Assembly (NCBI GenBank): GCA_963676105.1
Contig: OY781039.1
Location: forward strand, 900,001 to 932,000
From: Erysipelotrichaceae bacterium
GTDB taxonomy: Bacteria; Bacillota_I; Bacilli_A; Erysipelotrichales; Erysipelotrichaceae
Length of the DNA stretch: 32,000 nt
Reading direction: 5' to 3'
The number at the start of each line of letters is the position of its first letter. The first letter of the stretch is position 1. The notes beneath the pieces are model-generated. The model had not been told where the DNA came from, did no database searches, and worked only from the letters and a program-made list of their open reading frames with translations. The translations under genes and the position numbers were made by a program. This document shows, piece by piece, positions 26,353 through 32,000 of this stretch.

Positions 26353-27461
26353 AAATTGTGGTTACTGGATCAAATGGTTTTATTGGCAAGAATCTTGTAA
26401 GTGAACTTAACAATCAAGGATATACAGACTTATTTCTATTTGATCGAGATACTACGCTAGATGAGTTAAATTCTGCACTTGAAAATGCAGATTTTGTTTT
26501 TCACCTAGCTGGTATTAATCGACCAAAAAACACCGAAGAATTTAAAACAGGTAATTCTGATTTAACTCAGATAATACTTGATATGATTATCAAGCATAAT
26601 AATTCCTGTTCATTTGTTATGACTTCTTCAATTCAAGCTAAATTAGAAAACCCTTATGGTCAAAGTAAGAAAGAAGCAGAAGATGCAGTATTTGAATTTC
26701 AAAAACAAACTGAAAATGATGTTTATGTTTATCGTTTACCTAATGTCTTTGGTAAATGGAGTCAACCTAACTACAATACAGTTGTCGCAACATTTTGTCA
26801 CAACATCGCAAATAACTTAGATATTCAAATCAATAATCCAGATACTGTATTAACCCTTGTATATATTGACGACATTATTTCTGAATGGATAAGACTACTA
26901 CAAACAAAACAAGCCTTAAAAGATGAACAATATTGTAAAGTCTTTCCTGAATATGAAATAACATTAAAAAACTTAGCTGAAACGATCTACTCTTTCAAAG
27001 AACAAAGGACAAATTTATTTGTTCCTGATTTTAATGATCTATTAAGCAAAAAACTATATAGTACATATTTAAGTTTTTTACCTGTTGATCAATTTAAATA
27101 TCCTTTAAAAACGAATGTTGATCAACGCGGATCTTTTACAGAATTTGTTAAAACAAAACATTTTGGTCAAGTATCTATAAATGTTGCTAAACCTGGAATA
27201 ACTAAAGGAAATCACTGGCATCATAGTAAAAATGAGAAATTTTTAGTCGTAAGTGGCAAAGCAAGTATCAAATTCAGAAAAATCGATGAAACTGAAATTA
27301 TTGAATATATTGTCAATTCAGATAAACTAGAAGTTGTTGATATTCCTTGCGGTTATACCCACAATATTACTAATATTGGATCAAGTGATTTAGTAACGGT
27401 CATGTGGGCTAACGAGTTACTTGATAAAGATTATCCCGATACATACTTTTTGGAGGTATAA
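26349..27461 (+). CDS. fnlB: Bifunctional SDR + cupin reductase/epimerase of the UDP-L-FucNAc pathway (CapF/FnlB type)
   Basis: 370 aa with an N-terminal SDR (VVTGSNGFIGKNL) and a C-terminal cupin (GITKGNHWHHSKNEKFLVVSG). It overlaps fnlA in an ATGA at 26349-26352. Confidence 0.85.
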   Translation: MKIVVTGSNGFIGKNLVSELNNQGYTDLFLFDRDTTLDELNSALENADFVFHLAGINRPKNTEEFKTGNSDLTQIILDMIIKHNNSCSFVMTSSIQAKLENPYGQSKKEAEDAVFEFQKQTENDVYVYRLPNVFGKWSQPNYNTVVATFCHNIANNLDIQINNPDTVLTLVYIDDIISEWIRLLQTKQALKDEQYCKVFPEYEITLKNLAETIYSFKEQRTNLFVPDFNDLLSKKLYSTYLSFLPVDQFKYPLKTNVDQRGSFTEFVKTKHFGQVSINVAKPGITKGNHWHHSKNEKFLVVSGKASIKFRKIDETEIIEYIVNSDKLEVVDIPCGYTHNITNIGSSDLVTVMWANELLDKDYPDTYFLEV

Positions 27462-27462
27462 A

Positions 27463-28560
27463 ATGTCACCTATTCATGTCATGACAATTTTAGGCACACG
27501 TCCTGAAATTATTAGATTATCTGAAGTAATCAAAACTCTGGATAAATCAGAAGCTATAAAACATACATTAGTTCATACAGGTCAAAACTATGACTATGAA
27601 CTCAATGAAATATTCTTTAAAGATTTAGGTTTAAGAGCACCTGACATCTTTTTAAACGCAGCTGGGGAAACAGCCATGGAAACCATTGGTTCTATGTTAG
27701 CTAAAGTTGATATTGTATTAGAACAACAAAAACCTGATTCAGTTCTAATTCTAGGTGACACTAATAGTGCACTTTGTGCAATAGCTGCAAAGAAAAGACA
27801 TATTCCAATTTTTCATATGGAAGCAGGTAATAGATCATTTGATGAACGTGTACCTGAAGAAACTAACCGTCGAATTGTTGATCATATTGCTGACTTTAAT
27901 CTACCTTATAGCGATATTGCAAGAGAATATCTACTTAGAGAAGGTATTCATCCAGCAAGCATTATTAAAACTGGTAGTCCAATGTATGAAGTATTGCACG
28001 CTCATCTTGATGATATTAATACTTCAGATATTCTAACTAAACTTAATTTAGAAAAAGACAAGTATTTTATCGTTTCCGCTCATCGCGCAGAAAATGTTAG
28101 TAATGAAGAAGGCTTTAATGACCTAATGGAAACTTTAGAAGCTTTAGCCATTAAATATAATTACCCAATTATTGTATCTACTCATCCTAGAACAAGAAAA
28201 TTGATTGAAGAAAAGAATGTACAACTAAATAAGCTTATTCGTTTTGAAAAACCTTTTGGTTTTATTGACTATAATAAGCTTCAGTGTGATGCTTTTTGTG
28301 TTTTAAGTGATTCTGGCACAATCAGCGAAGAAACTTCAATACTCGGACTTAAATCACTTAATATTCGTTATTCACATGAAAGACCTGAAGCAATGGAGGA
28401 AGGTACTGTCATGATGGTGGGACTTAAAAAAGATAAAATATTGAATGCATTAACAATCGTTTCCAATAAAAGTTTAAATATTGTTAAGGATTATAATGTC
28501 TCCAATGTGTCGTTGATTGTATCAAAAATTATTTTGTCATACACGACAAAACACAGTTAG
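27463..28560 (+). CDS. fnlC: Non-hydrolysing UDP-N-acetyl(hexos)amine 2-epimerase (CapG/FnlC/WecB type)
   Basis: Motifs MTILGTRPEIIRL, HTGQNYD, LGDTNS and HMEAGNRSFD. The ORF track starts at TTG 27421 inside fnlB. I prefer ATG 27463, which has SD GGAGG (27452-27456) 6 nt upstream and lies just after the fnlB stop. Confidence 0.88.
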   Translation: MSPIHVMTILGTRPEIIRLSEVIKTLDKSEAIKHTLVHTGQNYDYELNEIFFKDLGLRAPDIFLNAAGETAMETIGSMLAKVDIVLEQQKPDSVLILGDTNSALCAIAAKKRHIPIFHMEAGNRSFDERVPEETNRRIVDHIADFNLPYSDIAREYLLREGIHPASIIKTGSPMYEVLHAHLDDINTSDILTKLNLEKDKYFIVSAHRAENVSNEEGFNDLMETLEALAIKYNYPIIVSTHPRTRKLIEEKNVQLNKLIRFEKPFGFIDYNKLQCDAFCVLSDSGTISEETSILGLKSLNIRYSHERPEAMEEGTVMMVGLKKDKILNALTIVSNKSLNIVKDYNVSNVSLIVSKIILSYTTKHS

Positions 28561-29738
28561 AATATTTCTTTATATAGTTCAATATATTGTTTATAAACAT
28601 CGATATCACTGAATTTTTTTGCTGCTTCAATACAATGTTTTGTGTAATAATCTTTACCATTAGTTTGAATAATTTTTATGGCATTAATCAGTGATTCGGT
28701 TGTTTTATCTTTTGTGACAATTCCTGTTTTATCATTTATTGATTCAGGGCTACCACCAGTATTAAATGTTATAACAGGCGTTCCACAAGCAAGCGCTTCT
28801 AAATTAGTTGTAGGGAAATTATCTTCTAGGGTTGGATTAACAAAAACATCTGCGCTATTATATAAATCAACGAGTTCATCAATATTATTCGTGGCCATAA
28901 TTTTCGTTATATTTTTTGGCAATGTTAAATATTGATAATAGTTAAGTCCTACTAAAACAATTGCATAATCGTCGTTTAAGGCTTTGCTTAATTCAATAAA
29001 ATATTTTAAACCTTTTCTTGAAGTCCAAGGATTTGCAATACCTAAAATTGTAAATTTTTGATTAACTTTACTATTGAGAAATCTGAATTTATTTAAATCG
29101 ATTCCGTTATGTATGACTTTTTGATTATATTTATTTAAATAACTATCAGGTATAAAATTACCTAACCAAACTGATGGTGTAACTAAAGTTATATTTTTAA
29201 TTTGATTAATTAATTTCTCTTTTAACTGATATTGATACTTAGAATTGTCATAAAAGAAACTATAAGGATAAGTTGTCTTTAAAGGACATTTATAGCAACC
29301 ACTTTTCCACTTTTGACAAGAAATAAAGTCAAAATATGCACAATGCCCAGTCATTAACCATGCATCATGTAAAGTCCATATAACTTTTATATTTGAAGCA
29401 CTAATATATGATAGAAATAATGGAACATTTACATAATATCCATGCAAATTATGAATATGAATTATATCTGGTTTGAATTCATCAATTTGTCTAATCAGTT
29501 TCATTGTTGCCAACTTTGACCCAAAACCATTCCAGCCAAAAAAACTAAACATCATGTGAACTAAAACTGAATAAGAAGATCCAATTTTGACAACACTTCT
29601 TTTGTGTTCGACGTCTGTTTTTCTTCCATAGATAGACAAAATTTCGATATTGTTCTGTTTAGATATTTGATGAATACCTTTGGCAATTCTGCCAGTACTA
29701 CCAATTCCATAAACTGAATTTAATTGAATAATTTTCAC
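28557..29738 (-). CDS. GT4 (GT-B fold) glycosyltransferase
   Basis: 393 aa with the C-terminal motif ADVFVNPTLEDNFPTTNLEALACGTPVITFNTGGSPESI. The GTG start at 29738 has SD AAGAAGGT 5-6 nt upstream. The stop overlaps the fnlC stop within TTAG (28557-28560). Confidence 0.8.
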   Translation of the reverse strand: MKIIQLNSVYGIGSTGRIAKGIHQISKQNNIEILSIYGRKTDVEHKRSVVKIGSSYSVLVHMMFSFFGWNGFGSKLATMKLIRQIDEFKPDIIHIHNLHGYYVNVPLFLSYISASNIKVIWTLHDAWLMTGHCAYFDFISCQKWKSGCYKCPLKTTYPYSFFYDNSKYQYQLKEKLINQIKNITLVTPSVWLGNFIPDSYLNKYNQKVIHNGIDLNKFRFLNSKVNQKFTILGIANPWTSRKGLKYFIELSKALNDDYAIVLVGLNYYQYLTLPKNITKIMATNNIDELVDLYNSADVFVNPTLEDNFPTTNLEALACGTPVITFNTGGSPESINDKTGIVTKDKTTESLINAIKIIQTNGKDYYTKHCIEAAKKFSDIDVYKQYIELYKEIF

Positions 29739-29802
29739 TGTAACCTTCTTAAGTCAATTCTTAAAAGAATTTAAAATTCGATTAACATCTTTCTTTTTTA
29801 AA

Positions 29803-29811
29803 ATTATAACA
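29803..29811 (-). promoter_or_regulatory. Extended -10 promoter element (TGTTATAAT) for the GT4 gene
   Basis: The minus strand reads AGATGTTATAATTTT, and plus-strand ATTATAACA is at 29803-29811. It lies about 65 nt upstream of GTG 29738. This is the same ATGTTATAATT core seen upstream of ugd and fnlA. Confidence 0.45.
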
Positions 29812-30009
29812 TCTAAAAATTTTAAATTTTTTCTTTTACATATATGAATAAGAGAGCTAAACCTAAAAACATATATGAAATTACTGAAGCAACAGCTACT
29901 TTCATAATTCAAAAAGTTCTATACTGATACTCTAAGATTACTATATTAATTAGTTTTTTACTGTTTTAAAATTAAACAAAATTTAAAATTTCCCCTATTT
30001 ACAGTAATA

Positions 30010-31395
30010 TTATTGAATCTCTTTTTCTAAAAAACGATCCAATGCATCTTTCCAATTTGGAAGTTTATTTTTTTGACCTTTGGTAGATAATCTTGAATTT
30101 TTCGGTCTACTTGCCTTTGTTAAGTATTCTTTAGAAGGAATTGGTATTACTTTAACTTTGCTATCAATTTTATCAAAAATCTCATTACATAAATCATACC
30201 AACTACAGTATCCCTCACTGACACCATGATAAGTACCATAATCTGTTGTTTGTGCTAACTCAAGTACAAACTTAGCCAAATCTTTAGCACTAGTTGGACT
30301 ACCGAATTGATCATTCACAACTTTAATTTCATTCTTACTTTTAGCTAAACTGAGCATAGTTTTTACGAAATTTTTCCCGTTTTTTCCGTATAACCATGCT
30401 GTTCTAATTATGAAATATTTATCGATTGAATTTTTTACAATATTCTCACCTAGTGATTTTGTATATCCGTAGTAATTTATTGGCGATACTTCGTCATCAG
30501 TTTCGTACGGTGCGTTTTTGCTTCCATCGAATATATAATCTGTACTTATGTATATAATTGTTGCATTTATAAACTTAGAACATTCAGCAATAACACTCGT
30601 TCCTTCAACATTTACTGTATAACATAACTCTTTTTCAATCTCAGCTTGATCTACTTGAGTATACGCAGCACAATGAATGATAATATCAGGTCGTTCTAAT
30701 AATAAGTATTTTTTTATTTGTTCCTTATTTGTAAGATCAAACTCCTCCCTAGAAGGAGTTAATACATCAATATCTAATTTTGATTCATTTATTTTTGATA
30801 TAATTTCACTACCAAGTTGTCCATTCGCACCTGTGATTAAGTACTTCATTCTAAAATTTATGTCACTATCCTTCAAAAAAGGAGCATTAATATCTTTATC
30901 AGAAAGAAATGGGTGTTCAATATTCCAATTTATATTTAAATCAGGATCATTATATTTAATACTTCTATCATGTTCTGGTGAATAATATTCATCAACTTTA
31001 TATTGAATTTCCACATTATCAGTTAAAGTTAAAAATCCATGTGCAAATCCTTTGGGAATTAATAATTCTCTTTTATTGTTTTCAGAAAGTTCAATACTTA
31101 ACCATTTTTTATATGTAGGTGAACCTTTTCTTAAATCCACCACAATATCCAATACTTTTCCTTTAGTACACCTTATAAGTTTTGTCTGTGCTTTAGGTGT
31201 GTTTTGGAAATGTATTCCTCTCAAAGTACCACATTTTGAAGACATAGAGTGATTATCTTGGATAAAATCTACATTAATTCCAGAATTTACAAATTTAGAT
31301 TTTGAATAACTTTCAAAAAACCAACCTCGGCTATCTCCAAAAGATAATGGATCAATAATCAAGACTCCGTCTAACTTAGTTTTAGTAACTTTCAT
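30010..31395 (-). CDS. rmlCD: In-frame fusion of dTDP-4-dehydrorhamnose 3,5-epimerase (RmlC) and dTDP-4-dehydrorhamnose reductase (RmlD)
   Basis: The N-terminal half carries cupin motifs RGWFFESY, RGIHFQ, KLIRCTKGKVLDIVVDLR, LLIPKGFAHGF and YKV. It continues without a stop (DSDINF-R-MKYLITGANGQLGS) into an RmlD-type SDR (YGYTKS, FGSPTSAKDLA). The track start at 31476 is rejected in favour of ATG 31395 (MKVTKTKLDG), which is preceded by GGGGGG. Confidence 0.85.
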   Translation of the reverse strand: MKVTKTKLDGVLIIDPLSFGDSRGWFFESYSKSKFVNSGINVDFIQDNHSMSSKCGTLRGIHFQNTPKAQTKLIRCTKGKVLDIVVDLRKGSPTYKKWLSIELSENNKRELLIPKGFAHGFLTLTDNVEIQYKVDEYYSPEHDRSIKYNDPDLNINWNIEHPFLSDKDINAPFLKDSDINFRMKYLITGANGQLGSEIISKINESKLDIDVLTPSREEFDLTNKEQIKKYLLLERPDIIIHCAAYTQVDQAEIEKELCYTVNVEGTSVIAECSKFINATIIYISTDYIFDGSKNAPYETDDEVSPINYYGYTKSLGENIVKNSIDKYFIIRTAWLYGKNGKNFVKTMLSLAKSKNEIKVVNDQFGSPTSAKDLAKFVLELAQTTDYGTYHGVSEGYCSWYDLCNEIFDKIDSKVKVIPIPSKEYLTKASRPKNSRLSTKGQKNKLPNWKDALDRFLEKEIQ

Positions 31396-31494
31396 AACCC
31401 CCCATTTATCTCCACAATAAAGATTGATCTTTCTTATAAACAATCTAATTATATAATCATAATCTATATATAACAAACTTATCTAATAACGAAT

Positions 31495-32000
31495 TCAAAC
31501 AAATAAACGATTCTTTAGGTCGATGAATATTTGAAATAATACTTGTTCAAAAGTACCAATCCATATAAACAATTTAAAGATCATTTTCTTTACAAAGTTA
31601 ATGTTATTGTATCTAGTTTGAAAATAATACCTAGAGTCACTCAGGATTTTAAATCGTTTAATATAGGTTTTAATGTTTTTGGATATTGTTGTACCATGAA
31701 AATGGTGAAAATATATATCATTTATTAATACTTGTTTTAAATCTAGATTTTTAATTTCTCTTGCTAAAATTCTTTCTTCACCATAAAGAAACGTTTTCTC
31801 ATCTAAATATCCAATATCAGCAATAAACTTTGTATTTATTAAAAAACAAGATCCAGATAACACTTGTACTTCTACGATCTCAGAACTTTCAATATAGTCT
31901 TTGCTGTAGACTGTTCTATTACCAAAAATCTTTGTTAAAATAACAGAAGATAAAATCAAGTCATCTAAATATGTAGGGATTTTCCAAGCATTGATAATCT
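31495..32000 (-). CDS. GT2 glycosyltransferase, C-terminal part only (gene continues past the right edge); rhamnosyltransferase-like
   Basis: GSCFLINTKFIADIGYLDEKTFLYGEERILAREIK is the typical GT2 region downstream of the DXD motif. Hand translation upstream of the track's TTG (31959) stays open to 32000 (..IINAWKIPTYLDDLILSS..), so the 5' end lies outside the window. Confidence 0.7.
   Translation of the reverse strand, partial: IINAWKIPTYLDDLILSSVILTKIFGNRTVYSKDYIESSEIVEVQVLSGSCFLINTKFIADIGYLDEKTFLYGEERILAREIKNLDLKQVLINDIYFHHFHGTTISKNIKTYIKRFKILSDSRYYFQTRYNNINFVKKMIFKLFIWIGTFEQVLFQIFIDLKNRLFV

Noticed and set aside
27421-27462. N-terminal extensions proposed by the ORF track: fnlC from TTG 27421, rmlCD from 31476, rfbF from 22971, the epimerase from TTG 20230, and GT2 from TTG 24575
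   Set aside because: Each extension overlaps the upstream gene or contains the SD for a downstream ATG that begins the conserved family N-terminus (MSPIHVMTILGTRPE, MKVTKTKLDG, MKVVILAGG, MQKFSFEK, MKDKILFIIPAYN). The shorter starts were therefore used.
29822-29905. 27-codon hydrophobic ORF (MKVAVASVISYMFLGLALLFIYVKEKI) on the minus strand in the 270-bp AT-rich gap between rmlCD and the GT4 gene
   Set aside because: It has no SD upstream, and hydrophobic micro-ORFs arise easily by chance in AT-rich DNA. It lies upstream of the predicted GT4 promoter. It cannot be supported without ribosome profiling or conservation data.
29950-30005. TTACTGT ... ACAGTAA inverted repeat after the rmlCD stop, considered as a terminator
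   Set aside because: It has a 7-bp AT-rich stem with a loop of about 38 nt and no T-run, which is not a credible intrinsic terminator.
1-32000. Mycoplasma-type genetic code (TGA = Trp), mobile elements, CRISPR arrays, and defence or toxin-antitoxin systems
   Set aside because: TGA functions as a stop in several ATGA overlaps, and long ORFs are intact under the standard code. No transposase, integrase or recombinase motifs, no regularly spaced repeats, and no nuclease, ATPase or toxin-like small gene pairs were seen. Every sizeable ORF except the 211-aa and 698-aa proteins is explained by glycopolymer biosynthesis.

Overview
The window is visibly AT-rich and uses the standard genetic code: TGA acts as the stop in several ATGA start/stop overlaps. 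It looks like a low-GC Gram-positive (Bacillota-type) genome, though I cannot assign the organism. It is packed end to end with cell-envelope glycopolymer genes in six alternating strand blocks. (1) 483-8179 (+): an LtaS-family sulfatase-fold enzyme, a GtrB/CsbB-type polyprenyl-phosphate GT2, and two tandem YfhO-family GT-C proteins. (2) glf (-) and ugd (+) diverge from a spacer that carries a perfect 11-bp palindrome. (3) 10752-22956 (-): a long, mostly translationally coupled unit of rfbF, rfbG, an SDR reductase, an RmlC-fold epimerase, a GtrB-like GT2, a YfhO, an unassigned 698-aa polytopic protein, a 211-aa anchored protein and an 890-aa multidomain LCP ligase. (4) 23037-28560 (+): a WbuB-like GT4, a DUF2304 small membrane protein, a short GT2, and fnlA/fnlB/fnlC (UDP-L-FucNAc). 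(5) 28557-32000 (-): a GT4, an in-frame RmlC-RmlD fusion and a GT2 cut by the window edge. A sixth, partial membrane-protein gene runs off the left edge. I saw no rRNA, tRNA, CRISPR array, transposase, integrase or recognisable defence genes. The most unusual content is a CDP-6-deoxyhexose pathway wired directly into a GT2/YfhO extracytoplasmic glycosylation module, together with an orphan 698-aa GT-C-like protein. Also notable are the high number of GT-C-type proteins (4-5) and the atypical LCP architecture. All family calls come from reading motifs in the translations by eye; no database search was run.
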